Made by a program: the position numbers and the translations under genes
The notes under the pieces: model-generated
Databases searched by the model: none
Seen by the model: only the letters and a program-made list of their open reading frames with translations
Told to the model about the DNA's origin: nothing
Origin: a virus
Length of the DNA stretch: 64,000 nt
Reading direction: 5' to 3' (one strand)
Virus record (IMG/VR): IMGVR_UViG_3300045999_011383
In this document: positions 15,887 through 23,930 of the stretch, one piece after another
Layout: every line of letters begins with the position of its first letter
Numbering within the stretch: the first letter of the stretch is position 1

Positions 15887-17761
15887 TTACTTTGTCAAGC
15901 GTTTTTTCTTAAATCTTTTAGGCTTTTGATAAACCAGCCTAACATTATGGTATTTGACCTCTCCCAATTCAAAACCACCATTCTGTTTATGATTTCTAGC
16001 AGCATTGGTATCAGCTTGTTGGGCAACGTCAAATAATTTACAGTCAGGGTTTTTACAGACAAATTCATACTGCGATCGCCTTTCCCCTTTCTGTCCGCAA
16101 CAATGGCATATTTGAGAGCTATAATTAGCAGGTGGTTCATGGAAGTTGCCACCTCTATTTTCTATTTTTTGCTTGGTTTTAGCTTTCAAGTCACCTAAAC
16201 ATCTTTGTCTCATAATCCAGTTTAAACCACGTTTAGCAGATGCACCATTGTGAGCATATCCCACACCCTCTGGTAATGCTTTTGGATCTACTTGTTTAAG
16301 TAAGTTGGTAACTTGTGTATCCTCCCAAGATATATGTTCATAAGTGCGAGATAATCTTGTGGATAACTTGTGATTAAAGGCATTAGAGGAATTAGCCCCG
16401 CGTTCGTGTAGACGGCTGATTTTTTGTTGTAACTTAGATTCATTCTTTGTCTTGATTCTAGAGGTCTTGTTGCCTAAGCTTTTCCATTTTTTATCATTAA
16501 TTAATTCAGCGTTGTCTAGACGTGATTGTAATTCCTCAATGTGAATTGAGATCCGCTCCCTAGTAAGGTTAGGAAGGAATAAAGCCCCATGATCTGTAGA
16601 CACTACAGCCTGTACCCCAGGGTCAATACCCGCACTCAGATTTTTACCTTTTAAAACTGATGACTGCTTAATTTGTTGCTCAATGAATTTCAGTTTTGAC
16701 TTGATATCTTGGTACTCTTCACTGTCTTCACCAAACTCTTTTTTTACCTTGGGTAACTTATTTGTTAGTACAGACTTTTCCTCTTGCAATGGGTGAGCAA
16801 CTACAATATTAATGTAGTATCCTGACTGCTGTTTGGTAATCATGTATGTCCGTGGCAAAACCTGAGAAAGATTCAATCTTTTTACCCAGTTTTTGTCAGC
16901 AATAGTGATGGGAGTAAGTCCGGTGACAGTAACTATGTTTTTGTCAATGTCAATCCTGTTAGGCGCACATTGATTATTAGATAAAGTTGCAATCTTGTCT
17001 ACATCTTTTTTGAATTTTGGCTTTCTACTGTTTATCCTTTTAGGATCTAAAAATGCCTTCCAAGATTCCTTAAAAAATGCTAACAGCCCGCCAATATAGT
17101 GGGAAGAAACCTGCAAGTCTGGTAAATTTTGGAATGCTCTTAAAGTATTTAATCCAGTCACGTTGTCAAGTTTTTCCAAAGTAGTCAGTTCCCTACCCTC
17201 ATACTTTCCACTAGGGAATGTGCGGTATTTGTGAGGGACTATTTCTATCCGTTGCCAGGGCTTATCGCCTTTAACTAATTTGTACCCCTTGACGTAAATA
17301 ACGCCTTTTTTGGTATTAACTGGAATATTGATATTTTCATCTCTCTTCCAATAATTCCCGCCTGTGGCTATTTGACAGGATAATCCTTCATAAGCACTAT
17401 TTCCAAGCCTTAATGGCACAGGAATAATGCCTTCCAAGCTAAATGGACTCCATCTGGTAAATATCTCAAATTCTTTCTTGCTAACTAATTCCTGTTCTTT
17501 TTTAGACAGCTTAGGCTTATCCTTGGTGGAATAGTAATCTTTAACTAATTGTTGTTGCTCAGGTTTAAGTTTTTCCAGTTTTTCAGTAGCCTTGGTTAAA
17601 TCTGCACTGCGTTTAGCAGCCCAAGCATACCAATCTACGCAGTGATTGTGTAGTTGGTTGGAAAGTGCTAAATTCCACAGCCATGTTAATTCATCTAAGT
17701 AGCGATCGCACACAGCCGCCTGTTCTGATGAGAGTTTGATTTTAATCTTAATTGTCTTCAT
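15887..17761 (-). CDS. TnpB/Cas12-family RNA-guided-nuclease-like protein (candidate type V effector)
   Basis: 624 aa. RuvC-I AGIDPGV, RuvC-II ISWEDT, Zn finger CHCCG...CKNPDC, RuvC-III QADTNAARN. TnpB-like N-terminus IKIKLSSEQAAVCDRYLDELTWLWNLAL. Confidence 0.85.
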   Translation of the reverse strand: MKTIKIKIKLSSEQAAVCDRYLDELTWLWNLALSNQLHNHCVDWYAWAAKRSADLTKATEKLEKLKPEQQQLVKDYYSTKDKPKLSKKEQELVSKKEFEIFTRWSPFSLEGIIPVPLRLGNSAYEGLSCQIATGGNYWKRDENINIPVNTKKGVIYVKGYKLVKGDKPWQRIEIVPHKYRTFPSGKYEGRELTTLEKLDNVTGLNTLRAFQNLPDLQVSSHYIGGLLAFFKESWKAFLDPKRINSRKPKFKKDVDKIATLSNNQCAPNRIDIDKNIVTVTGLTPITIADKNWVKRLNLSQVLPRTYMITKQQSGYYINIVVAHPLQEEKSVLTNKLPKVKKEFGEDSEEYQDIKSKLKFIEQQIKQSSVLKGKNLSAGIDPGVQAVVSTDHGALFLPNLTRERISIHIEELQSRLDNAELINDKKWKSLGNKTSRIKTKNESKLQQKISRLHERGANSSNAFNHKLSTRLSRTYEHISWEDTQVTNLLKQVDPKALPEGVGYAHNGASAKRGLNWIMRQRCLGDLKAKTKQKIENRGGNFHEPPANYSSQICHCCGQKGERRSQYEFVCKNPDCKLFDVAQQADTNAARNHKQNGGFELGEVKYHNVRLVYQKPKRFKKKRLTK

Positions 17762-18499
17762 GTCCGTCGTCTTCCTGTTGTTTTTGTCAATTGGTGTTGA
17801 TGTAAATAGCTGTTTTGTGCTATATTGTTAGTTGCCGCTCCCCCAAACTAGCGGCTAAGTACCTGGTAATAGAAACGTCGTTATTGGTACTAACCGCGTT
17901 TTTTGGTATTTATTTAGGATAGCACAAATTTGGTAATTTAAAAATATTTTTTATATTAAAAATTAGACATTAACTGATAGTTGCATACACCCCAAATCTT
18001 TACCCCAGTCATGTTTTAACTAATTCCTGCTTTCTTTTGTAAGACAATAATGTCAGACAATGTAAACAATGTAGACAAATAATCTTGTTTGAAAACAGCC
18101 ACAGAACCCGTCATTTTAACCACTGGGTTCTTATTACTTATTGACAATTAGTAGATTAATAAATGTCTGCTGATTAGGCAGACGGTATTGCACAGGTGAC
18201 AACCGAGTTATTAGTATAGCATCATAGCAAGTTATTTATACAACAATTAAACAATTGCAAAATTCCGTATACTTTAGGGTTGGCACTGGAAAACTATAAG
18301 GATATTATAGGGATATAGAGTATCTAAGCGGAATGCCCTTCATAAGAGGATTTGAGAAAAGAACTAACACCACAGATATCTGTTGTTCCTGAGACAAAGG
18401 TGCGCCTGCTGCGCTTAAACACTATTACAGAAAAAACAAATAGACTTTGTTTCAGAATTTATAAAGCAATTTTAAAGCGTACTTATTGCATAAATAAAA

Positions 18500-18532
18500 A
18501 AATACCCACTAAAGCGTGTTAGTGGGTAGTGG
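18500..18532 (-). terminator. terminator hairpin, identical 33-bp copy at 28483..28515
   Basis: ACCCACTAA-6 nt-TTAGTGGGT stem with an A-run on the plus strand (a T-run on the minus strand), downstream of the 18562 gene. Confidence 0.55.
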
Positions 18533-18561
18533 AAATAAGCTACTTCACTGGAATACTTGCA

Positions 18562-18813
18562 TTAAATTAACTCCAGCAAAATTGTTAATGCGGACTGGAT
18601 ACTGTTAATAGCATCTTTGATTAATGCCCGCTTTTGGGTTGCGGGTTTGTTTGGACTAGAAACTAATAACTCATCATTAGCTATTAGTTTCATGAATTTG
18701 GAAATGTTGGGGTCTTCACCCCACAGGCAGCCAAACTCCAAAGCTTTATTCTCTAGCTTGGCTTTGTCTTCCATTGAGATAGAGAGCGTGATGCTCTCTT
18801 GTTTTCTACTCAT
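18562..18813 (-). CDS. hypothetical protein
   Basis: 83-aa ORF with a 4-nt overlap onto the upstream gene. Confidence 0.5.
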   Translation of the reverse strand: MSRKQESITLSISMEDKAKLENKALEFGCLWGEDPNISKFMKLIANDELLVSSPNKPATQKRALIKDAINSIQSALTILLELI

Positions 18814-19319
18814 AGAGAAATATTCCCTTTATTTTCAATCCACCATTTTGCGGACGTGGGAATTTTCTTATTGTTTTTTAGTGCGATCGCAACATCATCT
18901 ATTGCTCTAACTGCTATAGATTTAGCCCATTTAATCTGCTTTTCAGAGCCTTCAAACTTTAGCGACTCTACATAATTAAGAGCATCTTCTCTGTTGCTTT
19001 CTGAGACTGGATCTTCTTCCTCGATCTCATAATCGCACGGAATACTATCTAAATTCTTTAAAACAGCACTGAAAATTATTTCATTTATAGGTACAGAAGA
19101 GAGAATAAAACTCTCTTCTCTGATTACCTCTAGAACTAAATCTTCAGCAATAGATTGATAGGTTTCACCTGGCTCTAACTGGAACTCAGAATTGCTCACT
19201 AAATATTCCACTACCTTTCTAACGGCTTTCTGGCATTCTGGATTTCTAAAATCCACACGAATCATTTGAAGCCCAGAAGTGTCAAATTTATTTAAAAGCC
19301 TTCTTTGTTTGATAGCCAT
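18810..19319 (-). CDS. hypothetical acidic protein
   Basis: 169-aa ORF, divergent from the RAMP operon. Confidence 0.5.
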   Translation of the reverse strand: MAIKQRRLLNKFDTSGLQMIRVDFRNPECQKAVRKVVEYLVSNSEFQLEPGETYQSIAEDLVLEVIREESFILSSVPINEIIFSAVLKNLDSIPCDYEIEEEDPVSESNREDALNYVESLKFEGSEKQIKWAKSIAVRAIDDVAIALKNNKKIPTSAKWWIENKGNISL

Positions 19320-19477
19320 GATACAATACCTTTAAACGATGTTTTACTTAGAGGCTTGGGCTTGCTCCCCTTGCCTCTATATTTATATCATTACACAATA
19401 TTTTATCCTTGTCAATAGCAAAGTGTCCGTATTTTAAATATTTTGTACTGAACTTTTGAAGTTGTAAATTGTACAAC

Positions 19478-19579
19478 ATAAAAAGAAGTAAACGACGTAA
19501 CCGACATCAACTAAAACAGCAACTAAGAAAATTAGATGCGATCGCACTTAAACAAATCCATAGCAGCTTGGGGGGATAA
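19478..19579 (+). pseudogene. start-less fragment related to the N-terminus of the 30825..31118 protein
   Basis: Hand translation IKRSKRRNRHQLKQQLRKLDAIALKQIHSSLGG* versus MKTKRQARRHRHLLKKQLRELDAIAKKQINNNYNLAASSWGG. No ATG, and a stop lies just upstream. Confidence 0.35.
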
Positions 19580-19785
19580 ACCCGACATATCTAAGCTTTT
19601 AAGTAGATAGCCCAACGGGAAATACTGCTTTCTTGTTCTGATAAACCCACCAAAAAACAAAGTCCTTTAATTAAAGAAGCGATCGCGCTTATTCAAAAAG
19701 GATTGTCAATTTTAATAGAATTAATTTAGTTTTTAAAGCGCTCTTGACAGGGCGTTTTTTGTTGTTTAAAAACTTAATTTAATTG

Positions 19786-19815
19786 TTGATTAATTGTTAA
19801 TCAATGTGTTATACT
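19786..19815 (+). promoter_or_regulatory. possible promoter of the RAMP operon
   Basis: TTGATT, 18 nt, then TGT-TATACT (extended -10). It lies about 40 nt upstream of the GTG at 19853. Confidence 0.35.
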
Positions 19816-19852
19816 AAATCAAGATTAAATTACTTTAGTTTGGGAAAGTAAA

Positions 19853-20371
19853 GTGACAACCAATCATTACGGAATGCCACAGACACGAGACAAGTGTTAT
19901 GGCGTGGCTGCTTGTTTAAGTTATTGGGTTTTTAAATGCCGTGACAGGAAACGTAGTCCAGCCATGGGAACTAAAACCTGGACATATTTGGAATCTTCTA
20001 TCAAGAATTGTGCAGAAATATCCACAAATTTAGAAGATTATCTACAAAATCTTTGTGATAAATTGATATCGCAATTAAGACCTGTAGAGCTAACCAAAAT
20101 TATTCAACCAACTCAGAGAATACTGAGAATTAATGAAGATGCAACTGAAATCAAGGAACTACCAATAGATCGAAGTTTGGTTTTTATGGGGTGGCTTGAC
20201 TTGCTTGCCGATATTGAACCCCACGGATTTAGTGAGTGGGACGTAATGGAATTGTTAAGAACAAAAACAGGAGTTATTCAAGTAATTTGTCGTCTGCGAT
20301 TTGAAGAAGATAGAAGTGTGGGGCTTGATGAACCAGAAGAATTTATTGAGGTAGAGGTGACAAATGTTTGA
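19853..20371 (+). CDS. first gene of the RAMP operon, possible small-subunit (Cas11-like) protein
   Basis: 172 aa with a GTG start after GGGAAAG. The 8-nt overlap with the next gene and the size fit, but I saw no diagnostic motif. Confidence 0.3.
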   Translation: MTTNHYGMPQTRDKCYGVAACLSYWVFKCRDRKRSPAMGTKTWTYLESSIKNCAEISTNLEDYLQNLCDKLISQLRPVELTKIIQPTQRILRINEDATEIKELPIDRSLVFMGWLDLLADIEPHGFSEWDVMELLRTKTGVIQVICRLRFEEDRSVGLDEPEEFIEVEVTNV

Positions 20372-21497
20372 TAATTATAATATTTTTGACAGAGAGAAAT
20401 TAACCCTGCATTGCTTAATCACGCTACAGACACCATTGAGCCATATAGGCGAAGTGTCTGGCAATGTTAGCAATCTGAAAACTACTAAGTTATTGGACTT
20501 TGAAGGTAATCCTAGAAGTGTTTTTGTCTATTCTGGTAATGCAATCAGAAACGGTATTTTGCGCCGGGTAGGAGTGGCAGCAGCACTCACGGAATTAGGA
20601 ATTAAGGTAAATCCAGATACTCACCATACAATGTTTGCTGGCGGGCGAATTGATGGGGGGACAGCTTCGGATATGGAACTGGATAAAAAGATCCGGGTCT
20701 TTATGCCTTGGCTATCAGTATTGGGAACAGCCAAACCCATAGGTGTTTTTGGGACTAAAGAAGCCCAGATGGTAGCTGGTAGAAGTAATATTGGCAGTGG
20801 TTATTTAGTCTGCTATGAGTCAGCAGAATACGTTTACAACCAACTCCCAGCAGTTTTACCACCGGAAATACAGCCAACTATGGCCTTATTAATTGAAGCT
20901 AAAACCAGACTTTCTTCCGACCCTTTTGTATCCACAAAATCAGAAGACTTAACTAACTGGAATCAAGCAAAATCAGAATGTTTGCCACTGATCAAAAAAG
21001 CAATGAAAACATGGACTGAATACTTAACAATTGATCAGACAACTCGCAGAGATAGCACTTTAGATCCCAACTTACTCAAATTTCTACCATCAGAAGTACA
21101 AGCACAATTAACAGGTGATGGTAAAACTAAAGAAAAAACTAAATCAGATCAGATGATTGCGTCTGACAGGCTGATCATGCCCGGTGCTAAACTTTATTCT
21201 CGATGGGATCTAACTTGTACTCAAATAGAAGAGGGATGGATATTTGATACTTTACTCAAGTTTTCAGAATCACCTTATATTGGTGGTAAAGGCAATCGTG
21301 GCAATGGCAGGGTTCATCTTGATTTCTGGTTTCAGTCTGACCATGAACGGGGGTTATTGTGTTCTCTGAAAGATGGAATTATGGGAGATAGGTTTCTTAA
21401 TTCCCATCAAAAATATCGGGAATATATCAATCAGTATCAGCAGTTTTTAAGTGAAGCAAAAACATCCAAGGAATTAAGGAAGTTGTTAGGTGAATAA
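20364..21497 (+). CDS. RAMP protein, Cas7/Csf2-like backbone subunit
   Basis: 377 aa. N-terminal LHCLITLQTPLSHIG, then YSGNAIRNGILRR, and a C-terminal glycine-rich loop YIGGKGNRGNGRV typical of RAMPs. Confidence 0.6.
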   Translation: MFDNYNIFDREKLTLHCLITLQTPLSHIGEVSGNVSNLKTTKLLDFEGNPRSVFVYSGNAIRNGILRRVGVAAALTELGIKVNPDTHHTMFAGGRIDGGTASDMELDKKIRVFMPWLSVLGTAKPIGVFGTKEAQMVAGRSNIGSGYLVCYESAEYVYNQLPAVLPPEIQPTMALLIEAKTRLSSDPFVSTKSEDLTNWNQAKSECLPLIKKAMKTWTEYLTIDQTTRRDSTLDPNLLKFLPSEVQAQLTGDGKTKEKTKSDQMIASDRLIMPGAKLYSRWDLTCTQIEEGWIFDTLLKFSESPYIGGKGNRGNGRVHLDFWFQSDHERGLLCSLKDGIMGDRFLNSHQKYREYINQYQQFLSEAKTSKELRKLLGE

Positions 21498-22176
21498 TTT
21501 AAAAGTCACTGCATATTTGTCTACACCGATTGGTGTCTATGACAATTGGAGTCCTTCTTTGGAGGGACTTCTTACCTATAGATTACTAGAAGAAAATAAT
21601 CTATTGTCTCCCAATCCCACCGCAGAGCAAGTAGCAAAGGTTCAGAATTTTTTAGTAAATGAATTACCGCTTAAACAGAATACAATAATGAATGATAAGT
21701 ATTTCTGTGTAAGTTCACCTTGCTATGTGGTTCAAGGTGAGGCTACTGATAAATATCGGAAAAGATGGGACAATCACGAAAATAATCTGAACTGGGGAAA
21801 AAGAAAGCCTAAATTCTTGACGGGTGAAGGTGCAGAAAAGTCCTATGATTTACCGCTATACACTCGTTTAACAAATAGTATTAGTTGGTTTGTAACAGGC
21901 GACAGAACCAAGATTGACGCTCTATTGTCACCTGTTACCCATATTCAGAAAAAACGAAGTTATGGCAATGGTGAAGTTAAGCAATGGCAACTAGAAATAG
22001 TTTATGACGACTATCATTTGTGGCGAGATAATAAACTAATGCGTCCTATGCCCGTGAAGTTAATATCACAAAAAATAGATAATCCTCAAATGATTTGGGG
22101 ATGGAAAAGCCCGTCTTGGTTAGCAGAAAATAAAGAACTTTGTTATATGCCAAAGGACAATGTGATTTATGCTTAG
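21490..22176 (+). CDS. RAMP protein, Cas5/Csf3-like
   Basis: 228 aa. LKVTAYLSTPIGVYDNWSPSLEGLLTYRLL N-terminus and a KKRSYGNGEV glycine loop. Overlaps both neighbouring genes. Confidence 0.5.
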   Translation: MNNLKVTAYLSTPIGVYDNWSPSLEGLLTYRLLEENNLLSPNPTAEQVAKVQNFLVNELPLKQNTIMNDKYFCVSSPCYVVQGEATDKYRKRWDNHENNLNWGKRKPKFLTGEGAEKSYDLPLYTRLTNSISWFVTGDRTKIDALLSPVTHIQKKRSYGNGEVKQWQLEIVYDDYHLWRDNKLMRPMPVKLISQKIDNPQMIWGWKSPSWLAENKELCYMPKDNVIYA

Positions 22177-22915
22177 TAATGGCTCTGGGGTTCAATACCC
22201 TTGGTTGAAAAAGAAAATTACTAAAGCTATTAATTTCATTAATCAGTGGCTAGAACAATGCAACTATCAGGTTTATGCAAGTATTTCCGGTGGTAAAGAT
22301 AGCTTAGTAATGTCTCATTTGATCAGGAAAGTTTACCCTGATTGCCCGTTAGTTTGGGTAAATCAAGGGCTGTTAGCAGAATGGGATGATTGTATTGAAT
22401 TATTGGAATACTTGAAAACTCAAAACTGGAACATTATTGAGCTTTGTCCAGTTCGTGATTTATGGCATTTATACATAGATCACGGAGTTCCGTTAGAGGG
22501 TACGATGGATACAAAAGTAGATAAATTAATCAACCAAAAATTGATTTATGATCCATTGCAAGAATACCAAGAAATCAACAATATCAAAGGGTACGCATGG
22601 GGAATAAGGAAGCAAGAAAGCAAAAACAGAGCATTTTATCTTAACAAGTACGGTGAAGTTCATGAACTAAAAAATGGGTTAATTTGTTGCTCGCCTATTG
22701 CTCACTGGACTACAGAAGAAATATGGCAGTACATAGATATGTACTCACTCAAATACCCAGCAATTTATGACATTAACAAAATGACAGTCAGGAATGGTTG
22801 CCCGATTGGAACTACAGGAGCAAACTGGGGTAGATTAGCTGAATTAAAAAGATATTACCCCAATATTTACAACCAATTTGTTGATAAATTCCCACAAATA
22901 TCGAACTATGTCTAA
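22169..22915 (+). CDS. PAPS-reductase/CysH-like PP-loop protein
   Basis: PP-loop SISGGKDS and WGIRKQESKNR. I saw no C-terminal ECGLH motif (it reads RNGCPIG instead). Confidence 0.8.
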   Translation: MLSNGSGVQYPWLKKKITKAINFINQWLEQCNYQVYASISGGKDSLVMSHLIRKVYPDCPLVWVNQGLLAEWDDCIELLEYLKTQNWNIIELCPVRDLWHLYIDHGVPLEGTMDTKVDKLINQKLIYDPLQEYQEINNIKGYAWGIRKQESKNRAFYLNKYGEVHELKNGLICCSPIAHWTTEEIWQYIDMYSLKYPAIYDINKMTVRNGCPIGTTGANWGRLAELKRYYPNIYNQFVDKFPQISNYV

Positions 22916-23666
22916 TTGCTACCTTTGCGCTAAACCAGCATCAAATCCACTAGAATTATCCAATACTTTCACCATGCACTCATCGGCTAAGTGTCCAGAC
23001 TCTAAGCTGCTGTGCGATCGCTGCTATTCTACAATTTCTGGTAATCAAAAGCAGTTATGGTATTGGAATGAAGGTAAAAATAAGTGGTCAAAACTGTGGG
23101 GACGATCTTTGTCCAGGGTGTACCAAGGCGATACTTTAATAGCACCAATAATTAAAGGCACTCACACTGAAGGCAAAGATACTTTCAGTGTGGTTAGAAA
23201 CTTATTGACGCGGGTAGAAATCAGGGAATATTTATTAAATCCTCCTGAGCCACCGTTCACTATCGCTATAGCAGAATCAGGACAAAAACACATTATCCCA
23301 TGGGCATTAGAAGCGCGTAGCTGTAACTTTTTTCCAATTCAATTTGAGTTAGACACGGTTTATATTGACAACAGATTCAAGGAATCTTTGCAAGTATATG
23401 AACAACTAATGGGATTAGGGTTTAGTAAGTCTGAAATTGATTCAGGAAACTACAGAAGCGATAGATTGATGAAAGTGTTTGATAAATTTTGGGAACTTGA
23501 GGAATCCATAAAAGCCATTAGAGGGACTAGATTAATGGAATTAATAAATTACGTCGCTCAACTACAATCAAGTGCCGTCGTGGCGGAAATAAAGCCAATT
23601 CCTGTAATTCCTGTTTCTCCCACGAGTCCAGACAAATCAAATCCAGTTCAGTTATCGTTGTTTTAG
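22908..23666 (+). CDS. Zn-ribbon protein, Csf1-like large-subunit candidate, with C-terminal clamp-binding motif
   Basis: The ATG at 22908 overlaps the cysH-like stop (ATGTCTAA). N-terminal CYLC...CPDSKLLCDRC. The C-terminus is NPVQLSLF followed by the stop. Confidence 0.45.
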   Translation: MSNCYLCAKPASNPLELSNTFTMHSSAKCPDSKLLCDRCYSTISGNQKQLWYWNEGKNKWSKLWGRSLSRVYQGDTLIAPIIKGTHTEGKDTFSVVRNLLTRVEIREYLLNPPEPPFTIAIAESGQKHIIPWALEARSCNFFPIQFELDTVYIDNRFKESLQVYEQLMGLGFSKSEIDSGNYRSDRLMKVFDKFWELEESIKAIRGTRLMELINYVAQLQSSAVVAEIKPIPVIPVSPTSPDKSNPVQLSLF

Positions 23667-23699
23667 CAAAAACCCTTATAATTCCGATCCGTTAAAAAT

Positions 23700-23774
23700 A
23701 ACGCTGGAGTCTTTAAAATCAACGCTGGAGTCAGCAAAGATAACGCTGGAGTCCTTAAAATTAACATTGGAGTC
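23700..23774. repeat. four 21-bp-phased iterons AAC(G/A)(C/T)TGGAGTC
   Basis: Cores at 23700, 23721, 23742 and 23763. They are followed by the AT-rich tandem AACAATCTTAATT x2 (23805..23830). The same core occurs at 41848..41901. Confidence 0.7.
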
Positions 23775-23854
23775 GTTAATTTTAAGGTTTCATCTATATT
23801 ATTAAACAATCTTAATTAACAATCTTAATTAAGAGTCTCTAGTTTAAGTACAAA

Positions 23855-23886
23855 TAAAAATGCTCACCAAGGTGCATGGTGAGCAT
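23855..23886 (-). terminator. rho-independent terminator after the C5-methyltransferase operon
   Basis: ATGCTCACCA-7 nt-TGGTGAGCAT stem. On the minus strand it is followed by TTTTTATTT. Confidence 0.6.
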
Positions 23887-23930
23887 AATATGTTGAAACC
23901 TACTCAATGCAAGTATAGCAAATTTAACCC

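Noticed and set aside
13202-17761. The idea that the AAA+ ATPase plus Cas12-like gene plus array form a Cas12k/TnsC CRISPR-associated transposon.
   Set aside because: No TnsB, TniQ or transposon ends are seen. The ATPase has classic-clade motifs (RRFD) rather than resembling TnsC as I recall it. The nuclease keeps an intact RuvC triad, unlike Cas12k.
15887-17761. The nuclease gene as an ordinary IS200/IS605-type insertion sequence.
   Set aside because: No tnpA is adjacent, and I recognised no subterminal hairpin ends. The protein is much longer than typical TnpB and abuts a CRISPR array. This cannot be fully excluded without a database comparison.
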